From an uncultured Rivularia sp. (GTDB taxonomy: Bacteria > Cyanobacteriota > Cyanobacteriia > Cyanobacteriales > Nostocaceae), in assembly GCA_963665115.1 (NCBI GenBank), contig OY762007.1, forward strand, positions 672,001-736,000: DNA of 64,000 nt. Direction: 5' to 3'. The notes beneath the pieces are model-generated. The model saw only the letters and a program-made list of their open reading frames with translations. It was not told the DNA's origin and searched no databases. This document shows, piece after piece, positions 1-9,005 of the stretch. The stretch's first letter is position 1; each line of letters begins with the position of its first letter. The position numbers and the translations under genes are program-made.

Positions 1-27
1 TGCGTCAAAACCTGTATCAAATTCAGG

Positions 28-1071
28 TTATTTAAAATAATCATCAACTAACTTCTGCGACGCTTGATGTAACTTTACCATTATGTAGTTCTGATTTTCT
101 ACAGATAAAGCGTTAAAAATAGTTTCATATTCTTCGTTGAAGCTTTCTAATACATCTTTTTCCAAAAATTCAACTAATTGATTACTTTTCTCTATTTCCC
201 GATTTGTAACTCTACCGAATTTAGAAATCACATTATCTAGCCTTGTCACAGTTACTAAAACAAGCATCTCCTGACATAATTCATCTTCAAAAGTTAATTC
301 TCTATTTTCACAAGTCCATTTCTGTGCTTGATGGTAGCGATTATCTTCTGCAAATTCCGGAATCTTATTTTTAATAATTGGACGAATTCTACCTTTACAA
401 GTTTCTATATAAATCGATTTAACTGGTTTAATTACAACTCCTTCCGCTTTATTTACTTGCGGTAACGGAGGTAAATTTAAAATTGCCGGAATTGTAGATT
501 CAAATTCAATATTATATGCTGCCGCTTCTTCATATTTACCGATAAATAAAGGTTTTGCAGCCATCATTTCTACTCGACCAAATAATTGCAGCGCTATATC
601 ATAATCTAAATAAACTTTTTCAGTATTATTTTCATTTTCTACAACAGCAATATCGAAACCACAATACTCTATCTTAGGGGAATAATACACACCCGTTTGT
701 ATAGCTTGTATCCCAGAAACTGGAGTTACTTCTAGATGTGGATATTCTCCGCCAAATAATTCGCCATAAATAAATATTTTGTGTAAATTGTTTTTTTCAA
801 GTTGCAAAAATTGGAATATTTTCCGAGCTTGTGAAATTAATTTATCTTGCAACAACTGATAACCGAAAAAATCCTCCGTACTATCTAAAAATTTCTTTCT
901 TTTAGCAAATTTAACTTCTAAACCATCCGTCATAATCCCAAAGTTGGCACCGTGAATCTTTTCTGTCACTACCCAATCGGTTTTCTTCAAAATACGGTAA
1001 TCGGATTCTGTTAAATTCCATTTATTGATATTTTCGGGTATCTTTTCATACGCGATGTATTTGTTATCCAT
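28..1071 (-). CDS. Rnl2-family (T4 Rnl2-like) ATP-dependent RNA ligase
   Basis: Nucleotidyltransferase motifs in order: I TEKIHGANF, III IYGELFGG, IIIa GFDIAV, IV AEGVVIKP, V IIKNK; C-terminal helical domain with VTRLDNVISK. Confidence 0.85.
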   Translation of the reverse strand: MDNKYIAYEKIPENINKWNLTESDYRILKKTDWVVTEKIHGANFGIMTDGLEVKFAKRKKFLDSTEDFFGYQLLQDKLISQARKIFQFLQLEKNNLHKIFIYGELFGGEYPHLEVTPVSGIQAIQTGVYYSPKIEYCGFDIAVVENENNTEKVYLDYDIALQLFGRVEMMAAKPLFIGKYEEAAAYNIEFESTIPAILNLPPLPQVNKAEGVVIKPVKSIYIETCKGRIRPIIKNKIPEFAEDNRYHQAQKWTCENRELTFEDELCQEMLVLVTVTRLDNVISKFGRVTNREIEKSNQLVEFLEKDVLESFNEEYETIFNALSVENQNYIMVKLHQASQKLVDDYFK

Positions 1072-1139
1072 GATTAAAGCGATAAATCGCTTACTACGAA
1101 CAAGTAATTTATTGTAGTATAGATGAAGTGCAACGTGTT

Positions 1140-1346
1140 TTAACTACCGAGTAAAATAGCTACTGCCATAGCAACGAGGAACAATCCGAAAACCGTGTAA
1201 AATATTCGTGCGCCTTTACGACCAATTATTTTAACCAGGAAGCGAGCGCGATAATTGTTAAAATACCAATCCCAGTTAAAGTAACTAGCTGCAACTGAGA
1301 ATAAACCCGCTAATATAATCAAGATGCAAATAAGTATTTCTTCCAT
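1140..1346 (-). CDS. Small membrane protein, Imm17-like
   Basis: 68 aa with two hydrophobic helices around NWDWYFNNYRARFLVKIIGRKGARIFY, resembling the Imm17 signature. Confidence 0.6.
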   Translation of the reverse strand: MEEILICILIILAGLFSVAASYFNWDWYFNNYRARFLVKIIGRKGARIFYTVFGLFLVAMAVAILLGS

Positions 1347-1442
1347 CTTTTTATAGTCTCGTTAATTTAATTTACCTAAAATACTTTATTAAAATTGATA
1401 ATGAAATCAGTAAATACTACATTACCCAAAGAAAAATTACCA

Positions 1443-2804
1443 ATGACCACCAAACCCCAATACCACATTACAACCTTCGGTTGCCAGATGAATAAAGCCG
1501 ACTCAGAACGCATGGCTGGCATTTTAGAAGACATGGGCTTTGAGTGGTCAGAAGACCAATACGATGCAGATATAGTAATTTGCAATACTTGTTCCATCCG
1601 AGATAATGCGGAGCAAAAAGTTTATTCTTATTTGGGCAGACAAGCAAAGCGGAAGCGCAAAAAGCCGGATTTGACTTTGGTAATAGCGGGTTGCGTGGCT
1701 CAACAAGAAGGAGAAACTTTACTAAGAAGGGTTCCGGAATTGGATTTGGTCATGGGGCCGCAACACGCCAACCGTTTAAAAGATTTGCTGGATGAAGTGT
1801 ACGGTGGCTCTCAAGTTGTGGCAACCGAGCCGGTGCATATTATGGAAGATATCACCAAGCCGCGTCGGGATAGTAAGGTAACGGCTTGGGTGAACGTAAT
1901 TTATGGCTGTAACGAACGCTGTACTTATTGCGTAGTTCCTGGAGTGCGAGGTGTAGAGCAGTCGCGGACACCGGAAGCAATTCGCGCTGAAATCGAAGAG
2001 TTGGCGAGACAGGGTTATAAAGAAATTACTTTACTCGGTCAAAATATTGACGCTTACGGTAGAGATTTACCGGGAATTACACCGGAAGGTCGTCGTCAGA
2101 ACACTTTGACGGATTTATTGTATTACATCCACGATGTACCGGGAATTGAAAGAATTCGATTTGCTACATCTCATCCCCGTTATTTTACCGAAAGATTAAT
2201 TAAAGCTTGCGCCGAATTACCCAAAGTTTGCGAGCATTTTCACATCCCCTTCCAATCGGGAGATAACGAAGTTTTGAAACGGATGTCACGGGGTTATACC
2301 CATGAAAAATACCGCAGAATTATCGATAAAGTTCGCGAGTATATGCCAGATGCTTCAATTACTGCCGATGCAATTGTGGCTTTCCCTGGGGAGACAGAAG
2401 AACAGTTTCAAAAAACAATGCAGTTAACAGAAGACATCGCTTTCGACTTGTTAAACACTGCTGCATATTCACCGCGTCCAAATACACCAGCTGCGGAATG
2501 GGAAGAACAATTGAGCGAAGAAGTTAAAAGCGATCGATTGCAGCGATTGAATCATCTTGTAAATGTCAAAGCAGCCGAACGTTCGGAAAGATACATGGGA
2601 CGTATTGAGGAAGTTTTGGTAGAAGATGAGAATCCTAAAGATAAAAATCAGGTAATGGGGCGTACCAGCGGAAATCGGTTGACTTTCTTTACTGGTGATA
2701 TCAACGAGCTTAAAGGTAAATTGGTGAAAGTGAAAATTAACGTAGTGCGTCCCTTTAGTTTGACAGGGGAAGTTGTAGAAGCGCGGGAAGTTGTTAATGT
2801 TTAA
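1443..2804 (+). CDS. miaB: tRNA-2-methylthio-N6-dimethylallyladenosine synthase MiaB
   Basis: TFGCQMN and [15 protein letters not shown]0004 motifs, radical [12 protein letters not shown]-terminal TRAM domain; ATG 1443 chosen as the likely start. Confidence 0.97.
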   Translation: MTTKPQYHITTFGCQMNKADSERMAGILEDMGFEWSEDQYDADIVICNTCSIRDNAEQKVYSYLGRQAKRKRKKPDLTLVIAGCVAQQEGETLLRRVPELDLVMGPQHANRLKDLLDEVYGGSQVVATEPVHIMEDITKPRRDSKVTAWVNVIYGCNERCTYCVVPGVRGVEQSRTPEAIRAEIEELARQGYKEITLLGQNIDAYGRDLPGITPEGRRQNTLTDLLYYIHDVPGIERIRFATSHPRYFTERLIKACAELPKVCEHFHIPFQSGDNEVLKRMSRGYTHEKYRRIIDKVREYMPDASITADAIVAFPGETEEQFQKTMQLTEDIAFDLLNTAAYSPRPNTPAAEWEEQLSEEVKSDRLQRLNHLVNVKAAERSERYMGRIEEVLVEDENPKDKNQVMGRTSGNRLTFFTGDINELKGKLVKVKINVVRPFSLTGEVVEAREVVNV

Positions 2805-2812
2805 TCAATGAT

Positions 2813-2838
2813 GTAGAGACGTAGCAGTGCTACGTCTC
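2813..2838. repeat. GTAG-type REP-like palindrome
   Basis: GTAGAGACGTAGCAGTGCTACGTCTC hairpin directly after the miaB stop. Confidence 0.6.
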
Positions 2839-2861
2839 CCTACAATTTGAGGATATAAACA

Positions 2862-3071
2862 ATGCAAGCTGATAAAATACCAGAACAAAGATTAATCGAA
2901 AAAATACGTCAACTAGTTCCAGAACAAGTCGTATTAGTTGAAAATTTTATTGATTCCTGATCTGGGCAGAATGAAGATTATAACCTTACCCTAGCTGCTA
3001 CCAAGCTTTCCGAACCAGCACTGCGAAAAATTTGGGATAATCCTGAAGACACTGAATATGACCAATTATAG
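2862..3071 (+). pseudogene. DUF2281-like antitoxin pseudogene (in-frame TGA at codon 33)
   Basis: Reads MQADKIPEQRLIEKIRQLVPEQVVLVENFIDS*SGQNEDYNLTLAATKLSEPALRKIWDNPEDTEYDQL*; the WDNPED..YD tail is typical of antitoxins paired with PemK/MazF toxins. Confidence 0.7.
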
Positions 3072-3262
3072 TCATTCCAATTAATTTCCGTAGTGCGTTA
3101 GCGAAGCGTGTCTGAAAGACAAGCATCTTGCTCGCTCGGTACTAGCGAGCAAGATGCTCGCACTACAAATCAATCGGTTTCTATTTAGAATCGCTATATA
3201 AATTCGGCGAGGTTGTTTTAGTACCCTTTCCCTTCACAGACCAAACTACCACTAAAAAACCA
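3058..3262 (+). pseudogene. PemK/MazF-family toxin remnant, MITE-interrupted and truncated
   Basis: Removing 3069-3198 gives MTNYKFGEVVLVPFPFTDQTTTKKP, the classic PemK/MazF N-terminus; similarity is lost afterwards. Confidence 0.75.
3069..3198. mobile_element. ~130-bp MITE-like insertion with TA ends, containing a REP palindrome and a nested 24-bp element
   Basis: Imperfect terminal IRs (TATAGTCATTCCAATT / ATTTAGAATCGCTATA); internal AGCATCTTGCTCGCT...AGCGAGCAAGATGCT palindrome. Confidence 0.65.
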
Positions 3263-3323
3263 AATAATTCAACTAAAAACAATATAAAATACCTAACAAA
3301 ATAACGCGCTTCATCCAAAAATA

Positions 3324-3394
3324 GATGTTGGGTTACGACGCGATATAAATCATAAAGTTAATCATTATTTTTTCGTGCGTCTAACCCAACCTAC
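3324..3394. repeat. REP-like inverted-repeat element, copy 1
   Basis: GATGTTGGGTTACGACGC...GCGTCTAACCCAACCTAC; second copy at 8777-8849. Confidence 0.75.
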
Positions 3395-3524
3395 AACTAC
3401 AACTTAAAGGGAAGTTGTGGGTATTTAAAATAGTGTAATTTTACGGTAAATATTAAACTCAACCTGTATCTAAATTTGAAATAGTAGCGTTTAATTTAAG
3501 TAAATTACTCGTGAGGCAGGTTGA

Positions 3525-6500
3525 ATGAGCGATAACGGCATGGAAGGAGATAATCGCAGCGCCAGTATTGGAGAAAGTGCTGATAGTAGTGCTATTCAAA
3601 CTGGTGATGGCAACACTGCGACTATCACCAATTACTATTACTATTACCGTGAAGTAAATACGGTAGTATCTGTTGAATCTACTGACGCTAAAGATGATAA
3701 CCTTCTTTGCCCTTATCGCGGTTTATTTCACTTTGGCCCCGATCATGCCGAATATTTCTTTGGACGTGAGGTATTTGTAGAAGAACTATTTACTGCTACT
3801 CAAACCCGTAATTTTATACCTTTATTAGGTGCTTCGGGAAGCGGTAAATCTTCGGTGGTTTTGGCGGGATTAGTGCCAAAATTACAAAAAGAAGGCAACT
3901 GGTTGTTTACTCATTTTCGTCCTGGTAAAGATCCTTTTCATGCTTTGGCTTTAGCGTTGATTCCGCTTTATACAAAAAATTTGAATGATACCGAAAAGAT
4001 AATTCAAGCACGTCAGTTATCACAATCCCTTAGTGATGCTAAAAATCCTCTTCCTCTAGGTGATATATTTGCTCAAATTCACCAAAATAATCCTACATAT
4101 CGGGTGTTGTTGATTGCCGACCAATTTGAAGAAATTTACACTTTATGCGCGGATAATAAAGTTCGTCATCGTTTTTTAGATGCTTTATTAGAAACTTTTC
4201 CATCTTCCTCTACTCAATCGCAATATAATCGCGTGCTAGTTGCAACCATGCGAGCAGATTTTTTGGGCAATGCTTTGGAATATCCCTCTTTTAGAGATGT
4301 ATTGAAAGATGATATCAAGCTTAGTTCGATGAATCATGATGAACTAACATCGATAATTGCTAAACCTGCTGAAAAATTGAAAGTGACGTTTGAATCGGGA
4401 TTAGTAGAGCGCATTTTGGATGATGTAAAAGATGAGCCGGGGAATTTACCTTTATTAGAATTTGCGTTAACGGAGTTGTGGAAGCAGCGAAAAGATAGAC
4501 AGTTAACTCATGCAGCTTATCAAAAAATAGGTAAGGTACAAGGTGCATTGGCTCGTCATGCAGATTGGAATTATGGTAATTTGGATGCCACCCAAAAAGA
4601 GCAGGTAAGGCGGATTTTTATTCAATTAGTGCAACCCGGTGAAGGCACGTTGGATACGCGAAGATTGGCGACGAAAGCCGAATTGGGTGAAACAAGCTGG
4701 AATTTGGTGAAACAGTTGGCGGATAACCGATTAGTAGTTACCAATCAAAATGCTGCCAACCAAGAAACAGTAGAAGTTGTTCATGAAGCGTTGATTAGCA
4801 ATTGGGATGAGTTTCGGCGATGGATGAATGAAGATCGTAGCTTTCGGGCTTGGCAAGAAAGGCTAAGGTTTGCAATGGCTCAATGGCAAAATAATCAAGC
4901 AGATAAAGAGCTATTGCTGCGGGGTAAAGTGTTAGCAGAAGCGGAAGAAAAGCTGAAGCAACGGCGAGATGAATTGAGTGCAGATGAGCAAAAATTTATT
5001 CAAGCCAGTGTTGCACTGCGTCAACGTCGTAAGGGGCTAATTTACTCGGGTTTGGGTGTGGCTGGGAGTATCTTCTTAATCTGGATCGGGTTTTTGGGTT
5101 GGCGGGATTATACAACTCCGGGGCAGTTGACTCACATTCGCTGGAAATTAACTGATGCTAGCGAGCTAATAACAAATCCTAGTTATCAATCAAAAGCGGC
5201 GATCGCCTTTGCTAAAAATGAAAATTTTGATCGAGCCTTTGAAATTACTGACAAAATTAAAGATTCCCATTTCAAAGTAGATGCCTTAAGAGCCATAGCC
5301 GAAGTATATGCCAAAATATCAGAACCGCAAAAAGCGGCTTCATTGCTCGAACAAGCAATCAAATCTGCCGACAACATTTCCTATTCCCGTAACAAAGCCT
5401 CAGCCTTAAGTGCCATAGCCGAAGTAATTGCCAAAATATCAGAACCGCAAAAAGCGGCTTCATTGCTCGAACAAGCAATCAAATCTGCCGAAAACATTTC
5501 TGCCACAAACATTCCCGTTTCCCAATTCAAAGCCTCAGCTTTAATAGCCATAGCCGAAGTAATTGCCAAGATATCAGAACCGCAAAAAGCCGCCTCTTTG
5601 CTCGAACAAGCAATCAAATCTGCCGACAACATTTCTGATTCCGATCATAAAGTAAAAGCCTTAAGTGCTATAGCCGAAGTATATGCCAAGAGGGAGCAAC
5701 CGCGAAAAGCCGCCTCTTTGCTCGAACAAGCAATCAAATCTGTCGACAATATGTCCTATTCCTATCACAACCACAACTCCTATTACAAAGCCTCAGCTTT
5801 AATAGCCATAGCCGAAGTAATTGCCAAGATATCAGAACCGCAAAAAGCCGCCTCTTTGCTTGAACAAGCAATCAAATCTGCCGACAACATTTCTGATTCC
5901 GATCATAAAGTAAAAGCCTTAAGTGCTATAGCCGAAGTATATGCCAAGAGGGAGCAACCGCGAAAAGCCGCCTCTTTGCTCGAACAAGCAATCAAATCTG
6001 TCGACAACATTTCCGATTCCGATGACAAAGCAAAAGCCTTAAGTGCCATAGCCGAAGTATATGCCAAGAGGGAGCAACCGCAAAAAGCCGCCTTGTTGCT
6101 CGAACAAGCAATCAAATCTGCCAACAACATTTTCAGTTCCAGAAAAAAATCCTATGCTTTAAGTGCTATTGCTGGAGTATATGCCAAGCTCTCAAAACCA
6201 CAAAAAGCCGCTTCTTTGCTCGAACAAGCAATCAAATCTGCCGATAACATTTCCGATTACCATTACAAAGGCTATGTTTTAAGAACCATAGCCGAAGTAA
6301 TTGCCAAGATATCAGAACCGCAAAAAGCGGCCTCTTTGCTCGAACAAGCAATCAAATCTGCCGACAACATTTCCCAATCCGGTGAAAAAGCCGAAGCATT
6401 AGGAGCCATAGCCGAAGTAATTGCCAAGATATCAGAACCGCAAAAAGCGGCCTCTTTGCTCGAACAAGCAATCAAATCTGCCGACAACATTTCCCAATCC

Positions 6501-6671
6501 GGTGACAAAGCCGAAGCCTTAAGTGCCATAGCCGAAGTCGCAGCAAAATATAAAAACTGGGGATTAGCACTTGAAGTTACGAATAAATGTCGCAGCGAAT
6601 ATTGTAAAGTGAAGTCGTTGACAAAGGTTTTAACAATTCATGCCGAGCAGAAGAATCCGGAATTGAAATAA
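3525..6671 (+). CDS. NLR-like nSTAND1 NTPase with transmembrane helix and ~40-aa helical (TPR/HEAT-like) repeats; short low-complexity N-terminal motif
   Basis: CPYRGL, FFGRE, Walker A GASGSGKSS, Walker B LLIADQFEE, MRADF, PGNLPLLEFALTELW, VEVVHEAL; TM GLIYSGLGVAGSIFLIWIGFLGW; about 10 AIAEV.AK...PQKAASLLEQAIKSADNI repeats. Confidence 0.9.
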   Translation: MSDNGMEGDNRSASIGESADSSAIQTGDGNTATITNYYYYYREVNTVVSVESTDAKDDNLLCPYRGLFHFGPDHAEYFFGREVFVEELFTATQTRNFIPLLGASGSGKSSVVLAGLVPKLQKEGNWLFTHFRPGKDPFHALALALIPLYTKNLNDTEKIIQARQLSQSLSDAKNPLPLGDIFAQIHQNNPTYRVLLIADQFEEIYTLCADNKVRHRFLDALLETFPSSSTQSQYNRVLVATMRADFLGNALEYPSFRDVLKDDIKLSSMNHDELTSIIAKPAEKLKVTFESGLVERILDDVKDEPGNLPLLEFALTELWKQRKDRQLTHAAYQKIGKVQGALARHADWNYGNLDATQKEQVRRIFIQLVQPGEGTLDTRRLATKAELGETSWNLVKQLADNRLVVTNQNAANQETVEVVHEALISNWDEFRRWMNEDRSFRAWQERLRFAMAQWQNNQADKELLLRGKVLAEAEEKLKQRRDELSADEQKFIQASVALRQRRKGLIYSGLGVAGSIFLIWIGFLGWRDYTTPGQLTHIRWKLTDASELITNPSYQSKAAIAFAKNENFDRAFEITDKIKDSHFKVDALRAIAEVYAKISEPQKAASLLEQAIKSADNISYSRNKASALSAIAEVIAKISEPQKAASLLEQAIKSAENISATNIPVSQFKASALIAIAEVIAKISEPQKAASLLEQAIKSADNISDSDHKVKALSAIAEVYAKREQPRKAASLLEQAIKSVDNMSYSYHNHNSYYKASALIAIAEVIAKISEPQKAASLLEQAIKSADNISDSDHKVKALSAIAEVYAKREQPRKAASLLEQAIKSVDNISDSDDKAKALSAIAEVYAKREQPQKAALLLEQAIKSANNIFSSRKKSYALSAIAGVYAKLSKPQKAASLLEQAIKSADNISDYHYKGYVLRTIAEVIAKISEPQKAASLLEQAIKSADNISQSGEKAEALGAIAEVIAKISEPQKAASLLEQAIKSADNISQSGDKAEALSAIAEVAAKYKNWGLALEVTNKCRSEYCKVKSLTKVLTIHAEQKNPELK
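5270..6540 (+). repeat. Near-identical ~120-bp coding tandem repeats of the NLR sensor domain
   Basis: Recurrent GCCATAGCCGAAGTA...CCGCAAAAAGC..CCTCTTTGCTCGAACAAGCAATCAAATCTGCCGACAACATTTC. Confidence 0.9.
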
Positions 6672-6749
6672 TTGGTAATTGGTAATGGGTAATGGGTAAT
6701 GGGTAATTGGTAATGGTGAACTGTAATCTTGTTACAAATTTTTCTGCTA

Positions 6750-7139
6750 CTAGCTTAATGTTTGCAACCAAGAAACACTCGTGAGATTGCTATCAACTGT
6801 AGCTAATATAAAATTGTAGTAAACTGCTGTAGCTGCAATAAATCTATCAGCTGGATCTTGGTGTGGTAGTTGAATCTGGCGACTTAAAATAGCAATTTGA
6901 TTAACAAGGGGAGCTTCAATAATTTCTAGAGTTTGTAAGGCTAAATTAATCCATGTAACCGCATCAGGTTGTAAAGAAATTCGTCCTTTCTCTGCTAAAA
7001 TTAACGTTTCCCAGATACTAATAGGACTAAGCCACAGCTCGGTTGTTTCTTCTGCAATTACGGTTTGGAGATTGGTAGATAGACGCTTGTCACCCAGGAG
7101 ATACCAAAGCCAAATATGGGTATCTAATAAAAGTTTCAC
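6750..7139 (-). CDS. vapC: PIN-domain (VapC) toxin
   Basis: LLLDTHIWLW, SPISIWE, HQDPADRFIAATA, LATVD PIN motifs. Confidence 0.9.
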   Translation of the reverse strand: MKLLLDTHIWLWYLLGDKRLSTNLQTVIAEETTELWLSPISIWETLILAEKGRISLQPDAVTWINLALQTLEIIEAPLVNQIAILSRQIQLPHQDPADRFIAATAVYYNFILATVDSNLTSVSWLQTLS

Positions 7140-7372
7140 TGAAGCACTTCCCAGGTGTTAAGGGGAACTGCTGGAGTTATTAAATCTCCCAAAATTTCCC
7201 CGCTTCCTTTCATTACTCCAAAAGTTGCACGTTTGGCTTGAGTTGTCGCAGGAGATATGATTACTAATGGTTTGCCCTCATGGATAACAGTTAAGGGTGT
7301 TTTAGTTAGTTGTATTTCTGTAAATAATTTCTGAATATTTTCGGGTAATTCGTTGATACTAATTTGTTGCAT
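7136..7372 (-). CDS. Phd/YefM-like antitoxin of the VapC pair
   Basis: 78 aa, 4-bp overlap with the PIN gene; PLTVIHEGKPLVII and FGVMKGSGEILGDLITP motifs. Confidence 0.8.
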   Translation of the reverse strand: MQQISINELPENIQKLFTEIQLTKTPLTVIHEGKPLVIISPATTQAKRATFGVMKGSGEILGDLITPAVPLNTWEVLQ

Positions 7373-7426
7373 TTTTGGGTTTAATAGCTCCTAACTATAT
7401 GTATGATATTGCAAAAATCCTCTGCT

Positions 7427-7579
7427 TATAGCGGTTTGCAAGTAGATGAGGTATGGAACTAAATATAAAAATCTTGTGGGATGGGCATCCCTGCCCGTCC
7501 AAATGTACTTCACCAATATAAGATGTGCTGCGATTGCTTCACTTCGTTCGCAATGACAACTTTTTTTGCATAAGTCCTA
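7427..7579. mobile_element. Composite MITE remnant
   Basis: TATAGCGG...TCTTGTGGGATGGGCATCCCTGCCCGTCC.AATGTACTTCACCAA (shared with 47159-47265), fused to a CGATTGCTTC...CGCAATGAC...GCATAAGTCCTA end (shared with 31833-31960). Confidence 0.6.
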
Positions 7580-7606
7580 AAAACCATATTAATAAAAAAT
7601 CCCACC

Positions 7607-8722
7607 ATGAAAAAAATCCTTATCCTCTCCGCAAACCCCAAAAACACAAGGAGCCTCCGCTTAGATCAAGAAATACGGGAAATCAAAAACACGCTGCAAC
7701 TATCTCCCCATCGAGACGAATTTGAAATCATCGCAGGATCTGCGGTACAAGTAGACGATTTAACCCGCTTTCTATCTCACCATCAACCTACAATGGTTCA
7801 CTTTTCCGGACATGGTACTGGTACTGATGGATTAATCTTGGAAGATAATTCTGCACAACAACAACTTGTCAGTACTCAAGCTTTAGCAAAATTATTTGAT
7901 TTATTTCAACAACAGGTTGAATGTGTTTTACTCAACGCTTGTTATAGCCAAGCACAAGCTACAGCAATTCACCAACACATTGATTGCGTTGTAGGGATGA
8001 ATGAAGCAATTGGAGATGAGGCTGCAATTCAATTTAGCATTGGCTTTTATACGGCTTTATTTGCTGGCAGAGATTATCAAAATAGTTTTCACATGGGTTG
8101 TGCTGCCATTGATTTACAGGGAATTCCTGAATATGCAACCCCAGAAATAAAAATTCGACGGCGAAGTTATCAAACCGAAGAGCCAATAAATTCTGTAAAA
8201 TCTGACGAGAATAATGATTTAAATAACGATAACAAAGACGGACAAAACCCTTCAATTACTGTCGGTGGTCGCGTTATTGATAGTGTAATGATAATGGGCG
8301 ATCGCAAAAGTGCAGATAACCGTTCGGTTGCTGTTGGTAATGATGTGATTGGTGGTGTAATTGTAACGGGAGATAGCAATAGTGCAAAGGTAAATTATCA
8401 AAAAACTACTAACTTACCCGCACCAGAAACCATCAATATCCAAGCAGAAATTAACGCTTTGCGTGAAATAATAACGAAACTAGAAACCTCAGATCGTCCT
8501 AAAATTGATAATGCTTTTGAAGATGCTCAAGAAGAGTTAAATAAACCACAGCCAGATAAAGATGAAGTGGGTGAAGCATTAAACCGAGCCTTGAAATATG
8601 CCAAGAAAGCTGAAGGGTTTGCTGGTGCGATAGAAAAACTCCAGCCTCATTTAAGTAAAATTACTGATTTGTTGGGTGATAATTGGCATAAATTATTAGG
8701 TTTTGTTGGTTTGACAGTTTGA
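7607..8722 (+). CDS. CHAT-domain (caspase-like) protease with a low-complexity G/V/D/N double motif and a C-terminal helical domain
   Basis: KKILILSANP, LRLDQEIREI, His in VHFSGHG, Cys in LNACYS, VVGMNEAIGDEAAIQFSIGFY. Confidence 0.88.
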   Translation: MKKILILSANPKNTRSLRLDQEIREIKNTLQLSPHRDEFEIIAGSAVQVDDLTRFLSHHQPTMVHFSGHGTGTDGLILEDNSAQQQLVSTQALAKLFDLFQQQVECVLLNACYSQAQATAIHQHIDCVVGMNEAIGDEAAIQFSIGFYTALFAGRDYQNSFHMGCAAIDLQGIPEYATPEIKIRRRSYQTEEPINSVKSDENNDLNNDNKDGQNPSITVGGRVIDSVMIMGDRKSADNRSVAVGNDVIGGVIVTGDSNSAKVNYQKTTNLPAPETINIQAEINALREIITKLETSDRPKIDNAFEDAQEELNKPQPDKDEVGEALNRALKYAKKAEGFAGAIEKLQPHLSKITDLLGDNWHKLLGFVGLTV

Positions 8723-8776
8723 TATTTTTATTTTTTTGATGGAAAGTGCAGTTAGCAATCGTAAATTCACAATACT

Positions 8777-8849
8777 GATGTTGGGTTACGACGCAATGTA
8801 AATTTATCGGTTGATGGTCATATATTTTTGTGCGTCTAACCCAACCTAC
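8777..8849. repeat. REP-like inverted-repeat element, copy 2
   Basis: Same arms as 3324-3394, same orientation. Confidence 0.75.
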
Positions 8850-8903
8850 TACTACTACCACTATTCCAAAATTTATTTCAAAAAACTTTTAAACTTTCCG
8901 GAA

Positions 8904-8932
8904 TTGACATCTGACTATCGGTATCCTATCTT
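8904..8932 (+). promoter_or_regulatory. Sigma70-type promoter
   Basis: TTGACA-17 bp-TATCTT. Confidence 0.55.
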
Positions 8933-9005
8933 AGATGAGCTAGTTATTGCTTGTTAACTATATTTAACTGGGGAACTATGGCCCCTCTTCTTATATGAAA
9001 CCTTC

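Noticed and set aside
5186..6529. Several antisense ORFs with repeated MLSADLIACSS
   Set aside because: Shadow frames of the NLR repeat region
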